Sequence record: NC_005260.1
DNA: 64,000 bases
Strand: one strand, 5' to 3'
Under the pieces are notes generated by a model. The model made no database searches, was not told where the DNA came from, and saw nothing but the letters and a program-made list of their open reading frames with translations. Shown piece after piece: positions 8,928 through 18,837 of this stretch (position 1 is the first letter of the stretch; every line of letters begins with the position of its first letter). Made by a program: the position numbers and the translations under genes.

Positions 8928-10385
8928 TTAAATCCCCCAATCAACCGCGTCGCTTGCATCACCCATCGCGGAGAGTTGATCCATCTTGTTTCGAGTGCTC
9001 AGATCTTTAGCTTTCGCCACATTATCTTTGTGCGTCGCTTGCATACGGTCATTTGCATCATTCAGATTACCACCAAAATTACCATCCGGTTCATGCCAAC
9101 GCTGCTTGCCCTTGTCAACGCATAGATTAAAGCGTGAAAACTTGTTCTTGTCGCCATAACGGGACTTGATCTGCTTCATCAGTTGTTGACCGATTTCGGC
9201 GAGTTCGTCTGTTTCCATAGCAGCAAGAATAAAGTCGGCAGTAGCAGCAAGACCAGCAGATTCTGCAATGTCTGACATACTGATATCAGAACTATCCCAG
9301 CCACCACGAGTTGTTTGCGCAGCAGACCACACAACAACGTTATGCTCTACCGCAAAGCCACGCAGCTCCTCGGCGATTGCTTTAACGAGTGTATAGCTAT
9401 TCTCAGAATAAGCAGTCATACGCTTGGAGCACATGATACCGAGATAATCCACGATAACGATATCTGGCTTGAACCCTTTCTTGATCTGCAAATCTGCCAT
9501 CAAGTTGTTCAAGTGGTTGACGTTAGCCGCACCAGTTGGGAATTGCTTGACAACGAGCTTACCGCAGTTTTTCTGTTTCAGTGCGCCAAATCGACGCATA
9601 AAATCAGACTCGGAGATCAAGCCGTCATCGATATCATCCAAGCTAACATCAAGCAAGTTGGCATCGATACGTTTACCACATACTTCTTCGCCCATTTCCA
9701 TGGACACGTAAAGCACGTTATAACCCTGTAACAGATACTCACAAGCTAAGTGACACAGACCCAGAGACTTACCGACGTTAACACCAGCAAGAATCAAGTT
9801 TAGTGTTTTACGCTCGACCCCACCTTTGGTGATTGTATTCAGAATCTTTGTCAAGAAGGAAATCTTCTTAGTTTTCATTCTATAGCTTTGAAAACGGGAT
9901 TCTACATCATCAAAGTAATCGTGGCCGATTGCAATGTTAAATGCTACGGCAAGCGCGTTTTTCATCAAATCAGGAATCGCACCGATATCGGAAATCCGCT
10001 TGTCTCGTTCATCAAGTGGTTTAGCGTGATTCTCTTGAATCCGAATCGCTTCGGACAAAGCGTTGTGCATCGCCCTTTCTTGACAATATTTCTCAGTTTC
10101 AGCAAGCAGCCAGGCGAGATCTTCTGGTACACCAGTGAGTTCGGCAATACCGGAATAGGCTTCATCAAACTCAACTTGCGCGATACCGGAGCGTTTCTCT
10201 AGTGCAATCACCAGCGCGTTGTGAGTCGGGATAGTCTTGTATTCGTTGTAATGCTTTTGAATCAGTTCGAAAATGATCCGAATCGGTCCCCTCGGAAAAT
10301 ACTCCGATTTCAGGAATGGGAAGACTTGGCGAAAGTATTCCTCAGAAACAAGGAGATTCGTGAGAATAGATTGTTCGATTGACAT
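8928..10385 (-). CDS. 41: replicative DNA helicase gp41
   Basis: AGVNVGKS Walker A, VIVDYLGI, WSAAQTTR, DKNKFSRF; DnaB-like. Confidence 0.95.
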   Translation of the reverse strand: MSIEQSILTNLLVSEEYFRQVFPFLKSEYFPRGPIRIIFELIQKHYNEYKTIPTHNALVIALEKRSGIAQVEFDEAYSGIAELTGVPEDLAWLLAETEKYCQERAMHNALSEAIRIQENHAKPLDERDKRISDIGAIPDLMKNALAVAFNIAIGHDYFDDVESRFQSYRMKTKKISFLTKILNTITKGGVERKTLNLILAGVNVGKSLGLCHLACEYLLQGYNVLYVSMEMGEEVCGKRIDANLLDVSLDDIDDGLISESDFMRRFGALKQKNCGKLVVKQFPTGAANVNHLNNLMADLQIKKGFKPDIVIVDYLGIMCSKRMTAYSENSYTLVKAIAEELRGFAVEHNVVVWSAAQTTRGGWDSSDISMSDIAESAGLAATADFILAAMETDELAEIGQQLMKQIKSRYGDKNKFSRFNLCVDKGKQRWHEPDGNFGGNLNDANDRMQATHKDNVAKAKDLSTRNKMDQLSAMGDASDAVDWGI

Positions 10386-10627
10386 TCTTTGCCTTCTGTG
10401 ATTTGCGCTTGTATAGCGGCTTGAACATGTTTAAATAATTCATCTTTCATTATCTCTTCTTCACTATGAGGAGTAGACCAGTCTATATGGACTTGTCCGT
10501 CTTTGTACGTCAGTTCGTGAATATACGCTAGAAAGGGCTCGCCGTCAACTAGAATAACAAGCTCTTGTTTTACGTCCTTCAACGCTTCTTCTAAAACGTC
10601 TCGATAATTTCTTTCTTTGGCTTCCAT
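10310..10627 (-). CDS. 40: head vertex assembly chaperone gp40
   Basis: VKQELVILVDGEPFLAYIHEL...HVQAAIQAQI; syntenic between uvsX and 41. Confidence 0.75.
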   Translation of the reverse strand: MEAKERNYRDVLEEALKDVKQELVILVDGEPFLAYIHELTYKDGQVHIDWSTPHSEEEIMKDELFKHVQAAIQAQITEGKECQSNNLFSRISLFLRNTFAKSSHS

Positions 10628-11316
10628 TGGTGTCTCCGTTTGCTCTGATATTTCCAGCTCTTTTCAACAGATCGACCTGCATTGTCCCACCAAGCTTCGC
10701 GATGCATGAAAGCATCTACCAGATCGTTACGACGAATTTGCGGAACGGGGATATCGCACCACGGCTCAAGACACTGATCATAGATACCGTCGTCGTAATA
10801 CTCCATATCCAGCTCGCGCTCATAATCGCTATAGCTGAGGTCTTGCTTGCGCTTCGATTCAGTATAGGCAAAGAACTTACCAAAAATGTGACGATTGCGG
10901 CTACCATAAGCATGTTTACGAGCGCCACGATCATTCCACTGTCGAGTCTTTGGCTTAACTTGTTTGTCGTATTCACGCAAGATCAGAACAGGGTCAACAA
11001 CTTTGTCCATGTCGCCTAGAATGATACCAGCGCAGGTACTAAACCCCTTGAAAATATCAAACCAGCTTTCTCGTCCAGAATAGTTACACTTAGCATGAAC
11101 AAACCCAGTCAGACGATATCCGTTGTGAATGTGAAATCCGTTTTTATCGATGCCGTCGCGAATCTCGTGGTAATGCTTAGAGTAAGTACCAACATGCATA
11201 CTTGTTCCGAACTTCCACAAGCGATTTGTAGACTTAACCAGATTGATAAGCTTATCATCGCGACGCTCGCCGTTTGCAAACACCGCAGTGTGAACTTTTT
11301 GCAGATCGATTTTCAT
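10591..11316 (-). CDS. hypothetical protein
   Basis: ORF between uvsX and 40; likely start MKIDLQ; basic C-terminal SWKYQSKRRHQWK. Confidence 0.7.
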   Translation of the reverse strand: MKIDLQKVHTAVFANGERRDDKLINLVKSTNRLWKFGTSMHVGTYSKHYHEIRDGIDKNGFHIHNGYRLTGFVHAKCNYSGRESWFDIFKGFSTCAGIILGDMDKVVDPVLILREYDKQVKPKTRQWNDRGARKHAYGSRNRHIFGKFFAYTESKRKQDLSYSDYERELDMEYYDDGIYDQCLEPWCDIPVPQIRRNDLVDAFMHREAWWDNAGRSVEKSWKYQSKRRHQWKPKKEIIETF

Positions 11317-11367
11317 AATCTCTCCTTGATAAGATAGCACCAGATTATCAGAGTCTTACATAAAAGT

Positions 11368-11389
11368 AAAGAGGGCTTTCGCCCTCTTT
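11368..11389 (-). terminator. terminator after uvsX
   Basis: AAAGAGGGC-GAAA-GCCCTCTTT-ACTTTT. Confidence 0.7.
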
Positions 11390-11395
11390 TGTGTT

Positions 11396-12631
11396 TTAGT
11401 CTAGATTAGCGAACAGTTCGTCGGAATCAGAGCCTTCTACGTCCACTTCTTCCAGTTGATCGATTTCTTCTTGATCAGCGGTATCAAGTTTTCGTCCCAT
11501 GTTAACAGGCATTTCAGCTTCACCGCTAAACAGTTCATCAACTTCATCAAAAACTTCGTCTTTGACTGCAACTGATTTCAGTTTAAACATGTCGGAACAT
11601 GCTGTCTTGAACGGCTGGTGCGCAAACATAGGCTTCCAGAATTCCAGACAGTTTGTGTCAGCACGACGCCACTTGCGATCTTCTTCAACCAGCTCGCCGG
11701 TTTCTTCGTCCAAGAATGCACGACTAAACCACCCGTTAGACGGTTTAACAACGAAACCAACTTCCAGTGCAATGTCAAGCATACCGGAGTATGTGTTAAT
11801 ACCACCTTGGAAAGTCACTTCTAGCGGCAGTTTGCTTTGCTCTTTGACGAAACGGGATTTCTCCATGTTCAGCACAAAGTTATAACCCAGCAGTTCTTTG
11901 CCGTCTTTCTCTTGTTGACGACCGATAATGATAACGGTGTCGGAAGAGTAAGTTATACCAGTACCACCGGAAACGACTTTCTTGGAGTACATTTCTTGGG
12001 TATCGTAGGTATGTGCAACCATGATCGCAGGAATATCATTTACTGTCAAGTAAGGAGTCATCATTCGTGTCAAAGACTTGATCTGTTTTGCGCGAGTCAT
12101 ATCCGATACAGATTTTTCGTCAATCGCATCGTCAATCTCTTTCTTAGAAGCAGCGTTGCCAATTGAGTCAACAAACACGATAACACGGTCACCGCGCTCA
12201 ATCGCTTCCAGCTTCTTGACGATATCGAATTTCAATTCTTCGATGTTCTTGAACGGACAATGAATAACACGGGAGATATCTACGCCCTGCGATTCAAAAT
12301 AACCAGGAGTTGAGCCGAATTCGTTATCAAAGAAAATACATACCGCGTCTGGATATTTGCGCAGATAAGCAGCGACGAATACCAGAGACAGGTTAGATTT
12401 AAAGTGCTTTGATGGACCAGCTAATACAGTCAATCCGGGGGTAAGACCACCGTCCAATTCACCGCTCATTGCCAAGTTAAGCAATGGAACTCGGGTTCGA
12501 ACACAATCTTTATCATTGAAGAATTTACTATCTGCCAGAACAGAACTCATTTTATTACTTGAGGTGCCTGCCAGTTTAGACATCAGACTTCCTAAGTTAC
12601 CGGTTTTCGCAGTTTTAATACCTTTCGCCAT
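11396..12631 (-). CDS. uvsX: UvsX RecA-like recombinase
   Basis: AGPSKHFKS P-loop, FVDSIGN, VSGGTG; acidic C-terminal tail. Confidence 0.96.
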   Translation of the reverse strand: MAKGIKTAKTGNLGSLMSKLAGTSSNKMSSVLADSKFFNDKDCVRTRVPLLNLAMSGELDGGLTPGLTVLAGPSKHFKSNLSLVFVAAYLRKYPDAVCIFFDNEFGSTPGYFESQGVDISRVIHCPFKNIEELKFDIVKKLEAIERGDRVIVFVDSIGNAASKKEIDDAIDEKSVSDMTRAKQIKSLTRMMTPYLTVNDIPAIMVAHTYDTQEMYSKKVVSGGTGITYSSDTVIIIGRQQEKDGKELLGYNFVLNMEKSRFVKEQSKLPLEVTFQGGINTYSGMLDIALEVGFVVKPSNGWFSRAFLDEETGELVEEDRKWRRADTNCLEFWKPMFAHQPFKTACSDMFKLKSVAVKDEVFDEVDELFSGEAEMPVNMGRKLDTADQEEIDQLEEVDVEGSDSDELFANLD

Positions 12632-12678
12632 TTTTCAGTTTTGCCTCTTGTTACGATTTTAGATTTCATAACAATCAT
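12592..12678 (-). CDS. putative 28-aa basic uORF overlapping uvsX start (MIVMKSKIVTRGKTEKWRKVLKLRKPVT)
   Basis: GAGGTGAGAG SD-rich leader directly downstream of a promoter. Confidence 0.35.
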   Translation of the reverse strand: MIVMKSKIVTRGKTEKWRKVLKLRKPVT

Positions 12679-12709
12679 TTTTATTCTCTCACCTCACTAA
12701 TATGGGGCT

Positions 12710-12739
12710 ATTATCTCATAGCCCCTCTGATTTATAAAC
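12710..12739 (-). promoter_or_regulatory. promoter with inverted repeat around -10
   Basis: GTTTATA...GATAAT (17 bp from TTTATA); arms GGGGCTAT/ATAGCCCC at 12704-12725. Confidence 0.6.
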
Positions 12740-15499
12740 TTACATGTCGCCAAAAAGATCAGACAGACTAGCTACTTTCTCGGTTTCCCAGCCAATCGCA
12801 CTACAGATATTTTCGAGCGGTTTCAGGTAATGTTTTTGATACATGCCCATGAAATCGAGATATTTAGACAAATCAAGATTGAAATCATCTGGAATCTTAT
12901 CACCACTCGGGAAAGCAAGCACAGGTGAATGAATATGATTCGGCTCTTTCAGCATCACGATCTGAATTTTTTCACCACTTCGAATCATGTCAAGGTTTCG
13001 CTGCTCGGCTACTTTGTTGTAAGCGAGTGCTCCCTTGATGTGACCTGGACAACCTTTGACTGGTACCCAGTTGTTGTGGTTCTTTTCGATGTTGTTTGCA
13101 CTCGACACACTAGCAATATCTCGGTAATCGCGCTTGGGATACTCGGCCTTGACTTCCTTAACGTAGTCTTGCATTGCCTGTTCACCCTTGGTCAGGATTA
13201 GCTTGATACTCTTCTCCAGCGATTTGCCAGCGAATACCGGGGTACTCGAACGTTGAGTTTCAATGCCCATGATCTTCAACTTCGGAACAACGTTACCGTG
13301 TTCGTCAAGCTTGCGCTTACCTTCTGAGTCCCACACATTAGCAGCGTACCGCTTTTTCGCAGTCCAGAAAGCAGTATCAGCGATGATTTCTCGGTCCATG
13401 AACAGCTTGTGATCATAACACTGGACATATTCTGCGAGTTCGCGATAGCTCTGATCGATATACGGCTCGCACTTCTCTTTAGCAAACTTGGACAGAAAAT
13501 CTACCCAACGAATAGTTTCAATGTCACCGACTTGAATACCCTTCTTCGCTGCCATGATATTGACGAACTTTTCAAACGTCAGATAAATGGAGTCAGTATC
13601 GCCGTAAACGACATAATCCACATCTTTGGTCTGACACAGTGCATTCATATATTCATTCATCTTCCTCATGATCCAGCGAATCGCAAATTGACCACTCATG
13701 GTAATCGCTTCTGCATTTCGAACGTCATAATAACGGAAGTGTTCGTTGCCCAATGCGCCATAAAGTGAGTTGATAAGTACCTTACGAGCTTGTTGGTTAA
13801 CGTTTTCGAGTTTCTCCATGAATCGGCAGTAATCGACGATGCCATGTAGAGATTCGTTGTTGAACGTTTTCAGATTCGCGATGAAATTATCAAACGTTTC
13901 TCCCTTGATAGAGAGATCAATGCCGTGTGCGTCGAAATCAATATCGGTATCTGCGATGTTATTATCTTTGCGGTCAACGATTGTATCCCAAGCGATTGTC
14001 GCGATCTTATCTGCTGTAAACTCTGCATTCTTCGCGGCTTTACGTTGCAAGAACACCTTTTCGATTTCAGTGGGGATAATGCCACGTTTCTTTCTGGTAT
14101 AACGCATCCCGTTAGCAGCGAATGAAAGATCGTCATTCGGTACTTGGAATTGTTTGTCAACGAGTCCCATGCCAACGATATCTGGTACCATGCGGTCTTT
14201 CACGAACACGCGAGGAACATCATAGCAATCAATAATCGTCTCTGGGCTAATGTTCCAACCCATGATCAAATGTGGATACAGGGATGTTAAGTCGAAACTC
14301 AGAATCCAGCGATAAAATGCCGTAACTGGGTCTTTAACAAACGCGCCTGCATACTTGACTTTTGATGTACGCTTGTTTTCTGGTACAACAATGCCTTGCA
14401 CAATCAGACTGTTATGGATGATCGCGTCCCAAGTCTTCAAGGGACTAAAGGTGTTGTTATAGTTGATCTTTGCGTAATAGCTTACGCTAGTAATCAGCGC
14501 CATCAACGACAAACGAGCGTCAAGTTTAACCAACAAATCAACGTCTCGGATAAGATAGTCGATATATTTTTGCGGATTCTTCTGACTGAATGCCAAGTAT
14601 GTTTTCTCGGTAAGCTCCAGCTTTTTCATGCCGAGTTCAATCTGACCGATGTAATCTAACTTGTAAGTCGGACGAGTCTTAAACGTGAATTTCTTGTAAG
14701 CCGCCATGTAATCCAGACAAGCAATGCCAAGCAGTTCATACGTCACGATCTCTTCGGCTTCGTCACCTTCGTCGTCATCCTTATAAACGGTACGCTCGAT
14801 GATTTGCTCCCAAGGACTAAGCTTGTTCGCGTATACGTCACCGAGAACTTTACGATACCGATTTACGATATAACGCAAGTCGAACATTTCAGAGTTCCAA
14901 CCGGAGAATACATCCGGGGTGTTATCTCTAAAGAATTTGAGATACCGAATCAAAAGCTCTCGCTCAGACTCACAGAACACGTAATCCACGCGATCTAAGA
15001 TATCAACAGCGTTACCCTTGTCGTCTTTGTCTAGAATTGATTTGGCCTTGTCCCACGGACGTGTAGTAAACAGTGAATACCGTTTGCGTTTCGTGCTGTA
15101 GTGACAGATGCCGTCGATTTCCCAGTCACAAATATGGGGTTCGGGGAATGGTCCGTCAGTCGGGACCTCGATATCCACAAACGCAATGTCAATTTGCTCA
15201 TATTTGAACGAAACAGGACCGCTATAGGTGTGATACAGATACTGGAGAACAAAATCGTCCATGCCAAGTGGCTCGCGATTGATGTCTCTCATGTCTTTCA
15301 TCCAGCGCCTGGCATCGCCAATGCTATCGAAATCAACTGCCGTCGCTGACTTTCCGTAAATGTCTTTCAGTTCGCCGTTATTGCTATGCTTGTATAGCGT
15401 TGGGCCAAAGTTAACTTTTCGACTTCGACTGATACCGTTATCATCTACATAACGTTCCAGCACTGTATTGCCTTGAATACATACGTTGGTATAAAACAA
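12740..15499 (-). CDS. 43: family B DNA polymerase gp43 (TTG start)
   Basis: 919 aa; VDIEV exonuclease, SFDLTSLYP, KVLINSLYGALG, YGDTDS; AGAGG SD before TTG. Confidence 0.98.
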   Translation of the reverse strand: MFYTNVCIQGNTVLERYVDDNGISRSRKVNFGPTLYKHSNNGELKDIYGKSATAVDFDSIGDARRWMKDMRDINREPLGMDDFVLQYLYHTYSGPVSFKYEQIDIAFVDIEVPTDGPFPEPHICDWEIDGICHYSTKRKRYSLFTTRPWDKAKSILDKDDKGNAVDILDRVDYVFCESERELLIRYLKFFRDNTPDVFSGWNSEMFDLRYIVNRYRKVLGDVYANKLSPWEQIIERTVYKDDDEGDEAEEIVTYELLGIACLDYMAAYKKFTFKTRPTYKLDYIGQIELGMKKLELTEKTYLAFSQKNPQKYIDYLIRDVDLLVKLDARLSLMALITSVSYYAKINYNNTFSPLKTWDAIIHNSLIVQGIVVPENKRTSKVKYAGAFVKDPVTAFYRWILSFDLTSLYPHLIMGWNISPETIIDCYDVPRVFVKDRMVPDIVGMGLVDKQFQVPNDDLSFAANGMRYTRKKRGIIPTEIEKVFLQRKAAKNAEFTADKIATIAWDTIVDRKDNNIADTDIDFDAHGIDLSIKGETFDNFIANLKTFNNESLHGIVDYCRFMEKLENVNQQARKVLINSLYGALGNEHFRYYDVRNAEAITMSGQFAIRWIMRKMNEYMNALCQTKDVDYVVYGDTDSIYLTFEKFVNIMAAKKGIQVGDIETIRWVDFLSKFAKEKCEPYIDQSYRELAEYVQCYDHKLFMDREIIADTAFWTAKKRYAANVWDSEGKRKLDEHGNVVPKLKIMGIETQRSSTPVFAGKSLEKSIKLILTKGEQAMQDYVKEVKAEYPKRDYRDIASVSSANNIEKNHNNWVPVKGCPGHIKGALAYNKVAEQRNLDMIRSGEKIQIVMLKEPNHIHSPVLAFPSGDKIPDDFNLDLSKYLDFMGMYQKHYLKPLENICSAIGWETEKVASLSDLFGDM

Positions 15500-15557
15500 A
15501 CTTACTACCTCTTGTCAGTGCGCCTTTCAGGGGTCGCATCTTAGGTGAAACATTCAT
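15441..15557 (-). CDS. putative 38-aa uORF overlapping gene 43 start
   Basis: GAGAGG SD before ATG 15557; MNVSPKMRPLKGALTRGSKFVLYQRMYSRQYSAGTLCR. Confidence 0.3.
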   Translation of the reverse strand: MNVSPKMRPLKGALTRGSKFVLYQRMYSRQYSAGTLCR

Positions 15558-15584
15558 AATAAACCTCTCACAAAATGAAAGTTG

Positions 15585-15613
15585 ATTATAAATGCGCTCT
15601 CGATTGTTGTCAA
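15585..15613 (-). promoter_or_regulatory. sigma70-type promoter for gene 43
   Basis: perfect TTGACA-N17-TATAAT; IR GCGCTCT/AGAGCGC encloses the -35. Confidence 0.8.
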
Positions 15614-15626
15614 GAGCGCGTTTGTA

Positions 15627-15995
15627 TTAAGAGCCGAACTTGTACTTGTGCACCAGAGTCCAGTTTGCCTTGTCTTTGTGGGAGATCACGCGGAAGAAGT
15701 TATTGCCTGGTGCGTTGTGCTCACTCACGATATCACACATTCCCCATTCTTTCAGCAACACCGCGATATCGTTACGACGGTCGATATCTTCTTGGCTGAT
15801 TTCTACTTGACGGCCATCAAGCTGGAGCAGTTCCTTGAAGTGAACGATGTAATACTTGCCTTGTTTTTGCAGAATGTGGCAGCTTTGATACAGTCGCTTT
15901 TCTACGTTGTTCGCGATACCGATACGGGTCAGAGTTTCGCGGATTTTCAGGAAGTCTTCGTCTTTCTTGAGTTGAATTTGCAGCATCATTTTCAT
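15627..15995 (-). CDS. regA: RegA translational repressor
   Basis: FLKIRETLTRIGIAN...LYQSCHILQKQGKYYIVHFKELL. Confidence 0.97.
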   Translation of the reverse strand: MKMMLQIQLKKDEDFLKIRETLTRIGIANNVEKRLYQSCHILQKQGKYYIVHFKELLQLDGRQVEISQEDIDRRNDIAVLLKEWGMCDIVSEHNAPGNNFFRVISHKDKANWTLVHKYKFGS

Positions 15996-16004
15996 TATGT
16001 CCTT

Positions 16005-16586
16005 TTACCAAGATCGGATAGCGCGTTGAATTTTTTCGCGCTCAGTTTTAGTTGGGATAACAGTCAAGCAACGGGCGTTGACGTCAGTAACGGTTGGAGA
16101 AAACATTTTCTTTAACCGTTTGATTTGTTCATCAGAGAAATAATCAATATATTCTCTGGCTCGTGGAATCGAGACTTCGTAATAATCAGAAACAAGGTAT
16201 TCGAATACTCTTTGTTCCCAATCGTCCGTGAGTTTAGCGAACTTTACTTTCGGGAGACTACACTGCCGAACAGTAAAATACAGATAGTCATAATGCATCT
16301 GATCGCTAATAAACCCTTCCATAGAATTCAGTTCAGAAGCATAGCCACTCATGGTAACATGCTGGGACAGAGCGTTATTTATTGCATGTTGATCGTAATC
16401 GGAGAATCGATCAACAGTGCCGTGTCCCTGCTTCTTTGTAACGTTGTCGATTATTTCAAACAGTGATTGTTCAGCTGGTACCTTAAACTGCTTGGCCAGC
16501 TCTTTTACAGCGTTCCAGTCTTTGGAACGCCATGCAATCTCATGCTCGTTTAAATCTTCTTCGTCCATAAAACAGGCGAGAGACAT
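16005..16586 (-). CDS. 62: clamp loader small subunit gp62
   Basis: INNALSQH, MHYDYLY; position between 44 and regA. Confidence 0.88.
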   Translation of the reverse strand: MSLACFMDEEDLNEHEIAWRSKDWNAVKELAKQFKVPAEQSLFEIIDNVTKKQGHGTVDRFSDYDQHAINNALSQHVTMSGYASELNSMEGFISDQMHYDYLYFTVRQCSLPKVKFAKLTDDWEQRVFEYLVSDYYEVSIPRAREYIDYFSDEQIKRLKKMFSPTVTDVNARCLTVIPTKTEREKIQRAIRSW

Positions 16587-17552
16587 TTATTTCCACTCCA
16601 TTTCCATACTGAGATCCGCGAGCAGATCAAACAGATGAATTTCCATGTTCGGAATACCGTTGGCGTATTTCTGATTCTCGGCGATAAGCTTGATCATCAC
16701 ACGCAGAGACGCCGGCTTTACTTCAAGGAACAGACGCTCATACAACTTGGTAATAAAGCTGTCATAATCGACTGTGAACTTTGGAACAAGCGAGCGAACA
16801 TCACCAAGCTTTTTAGACTTGAGCATGGCAACAACATCGTTCATATCTTCGGTTGCTTGTGTCGCTTTAGTCAAAACGCCTTCGTCAATCTTGCCGGATT
16901 TCGCATAGCTGTCCAGCATTGTGATAGTGCCACGCAGATCAGGGAAGTTTTGTTTCACAAGAGCCGCGATAGCTTTACGAGATTCTACTACAACACCTTC
17001 CATTTCGCAAATGGTTTCGCATCGAACGATCATTTCTTTCATCATTCGGAGCTTGTCGTCTTGAGTCGGGTTACCGAATTCAATCTGACGGAAGCGAGAT
17101 TTCAGAGGGCCTGGAATAGCTTCTACGTTGTTGCAAGTCATGATAACGGAACAGTTAGAGCTAAACGCTTCCATCCAAGAACGGAGTTCTTCATGAACAG
17201 CTTTCATGCCCTTGTTATCGCCTTCGTCGATGATGATAACTTTGCCGCCTGGCTTGCGAGTCATGGTAGACGCGAATGCGGTCAGATCGTTGCGCAGGTC
17301 ATCGATACGCAGTTTGCCACCGGAGATAAACATAACTTCGGCATCGATCTCATTACAGAGAACACGCGCCATGGTAGTTTTGCCAGTGCCAGGGCTTTTG
17401 GAGAATAGCAGGATGTGGGGAATTCTGCCAGTCGTGACGATACCTTTGAAACGCTCGATATCAGCAGACGGAAGAATACATTCAGAAATCAATGCAGGAC
17501 GATACTTTTGTTCCCACATAAACTCTTTTGGATCGGTGATAGTCACAGTCAT
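16587..17552 (-). CDS. 44: clamp loader large subunit gp44
   Basis: WEQKYRP, SPGTGKTT, IIDE, LKSRF; RFC-like AAA+. Confidence 0.96.
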   Translation of the reverse strand: MTVTITDPKEFMWEQKYRPALISECILPSADIERFKGIVTTGRIPHILLFSKSPGTGKTTMARVLCNEIDAEVMFISGGKLRIDDLRNDLTAFASTMTRKPGGKVIIIDEGDNKGMKAVHEELRSWMEAFSSNCSVIMTCNNVEAIPGPLKSRFRQIEFGNPTQDDKLRMMKEMIVRCETICEMEGVVVESRKAIAALVKQNFPDLRGTITMLDSYAKSGKIDEGVLTKATQATEDMNDVVAMLKSKKLGDVRSLVPKFTVDYDSFITKLYERLFLEVKPASLRVMIKLIAENQKYANGIPNMEIHLFDLLADLSMEMEWK

Positions 17553-17645
17553 TTATATGTCTCTCAGTGCATGGGTAAAACAGTTTAGAATGAACAGTCA
17601 TTGTAAACTATTCTAAAGTGGGGAGGTTGCCCTCCCCGACAGTCA

Positions 17646-18323
17646 TTAAGCAGTGTACTTGGATTTGGAGTCGATTGCAATGATATAACTTGCAGTCGCA
17701 CCCTTGAAGCAAATAGCGCCTTCTTTTGCGATCATCACGGTATATTTGCCGTCGATCATCTTCATGTTACCAATCGCAACGATGAAATCAAAAGTAGCGT
17801 CGTCGCCTTCGAAGTCATCAGCAATGGCAATCTCAAAGCTGTTGGAGTTGCTTTCGCCACCAGTCAGACGGGCAACAATCTTTCGACCGTCATTGACAAA
17901 GTGCAGATCTACCAGGGACATAGTAGAGGCAGACTTGTCGATCTGTTTCATTTGATCGGCAGTGATTTCGAACACAACGGAAGCAGTCGGCATAGTGAGT
18001 GCTTTCTTCGGATGTGCGATTGTACCAGCTTCTGCCATTTTGATCTTTGCCATAGCTTTGCCACCGGCTGCATTCTTGATAGTGATATATTCACCATCTT
18101 CGGTAACATCAGCAGGCAGACCGACCATTGCAGCAACACCCAAGAATTCACCGAGACTGTAGATCCGCAGCTCACTATCTACGGTATCTTTGATGGTACT
18201 TTCAGCATACAGAACGTTGTTCACGCTCTTGGTATTAACGAAAGTGCCCGGTTTCAGTACCACAGACGGGTTGATTTTTGCGAAGTTAGACAGAATTTCT
18301 ACGGTTTCTTTGCTCAGTTGCAT
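17646..18323 (-). CDS. 45: sliding clamp gp45
   Basis: LSKETVEILSNFAKINPSV, IYSLGEFL; synteny. Confidence 0.92.
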   Translation of the reverse strand: MQLSKETVEILSNFAKINPSVVLKPGTFVNTKSVNNVLYAESTIKDTVDSELRIYSLGEFLGVAAMVGLPADVTEDGEYITIKNAAGGKAMAKIKMAEAGTIAHPKKALTMPTASVVFEITADQMKQIDKSASTMSLVDLHFVNDGRKIVARLTGGESNSNSFEIAIADDFEGDDATFDFIVAIGNMKMIDGKYTVMIAKEGAICFKGATASYIIAIDSKSKYTA

Positions 18324-18359
18324 TTTATTTCCTCAGTTCAATTCAGTTAGATAGGTATA

Positions 18360-18668
18360 TTACGCTGCTTTCCATTCGGAGTAAACAAGAATGGCAGCAT
18401 CAGGGAAAAATTCTACAAACTCACGTTTGCAATTCAGATTCTCGGCACGGAACTTCTGACTCAGACGAATCGCGGTTTCGATCACATCGTCGTCAAATTC
18501 TTTGTACACATCAAAACGAACATCACGTTCCAGACACTGCAAACGGTCATATTCTTCCTGAGTCATCAGACAAACCCAGTTTTTACGAGCCAGATTCTGG
18601 TAGAAGTAGGCCGCGCTCAGAGTTTTCAGGGAATCACCAGGGATAAAATCAATCATTTCGTACTCCAA
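18360..18668 (-). CDS. rpbA: probable RNA polymerase-binding protein RpbA
   Basis: position upstream of 45; weak similarity (FYQNLARKNWVCLM). Confidence 0.55.
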   Translation of the reverse strand: MEYEMIDFIPGDSLKTLSAAYFYQNLARKNWVCLMTQEEYDRLQCLERDVRFDVYKEFDDDVIETAIRLSQKFRAENLNCKREFVEFFPDAAILVYSEWKAA

Positions 18669-18837
18669 TCAGGTATGTAATGTAACGTTTCATAGAATGA
18701 GACAAGTGTTTTTGTATCTTATCTCGATTGTCGTGCATTATACACGACTTGATCCAAAAGTAAAGTGCTAATAGACAAATAACCGGAAACATTATTGTCA
18801 GCATTATTCGGTCTATCATAGCTTCCATGCTAGCCAA
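18649..18837 (-). CDS. small hypothetical membrane protein
   Basis: 62 aa with one hydrophobic stretch. Confidence 0.6.
   Translation of the reverse strand: MASMEAMIDRIMLTIMFPVICLLALYFWIKSCIMHDNRDKIQKHLSHSMKRYITYLIGVRND

Noticed and set aside
17584-17608. GTTTAC...TAAACT as a gene 44 promoter
   Set aside because: Spacing is only 15 bp from GTTTAC, unlike the 17 bp of other promoters in this class
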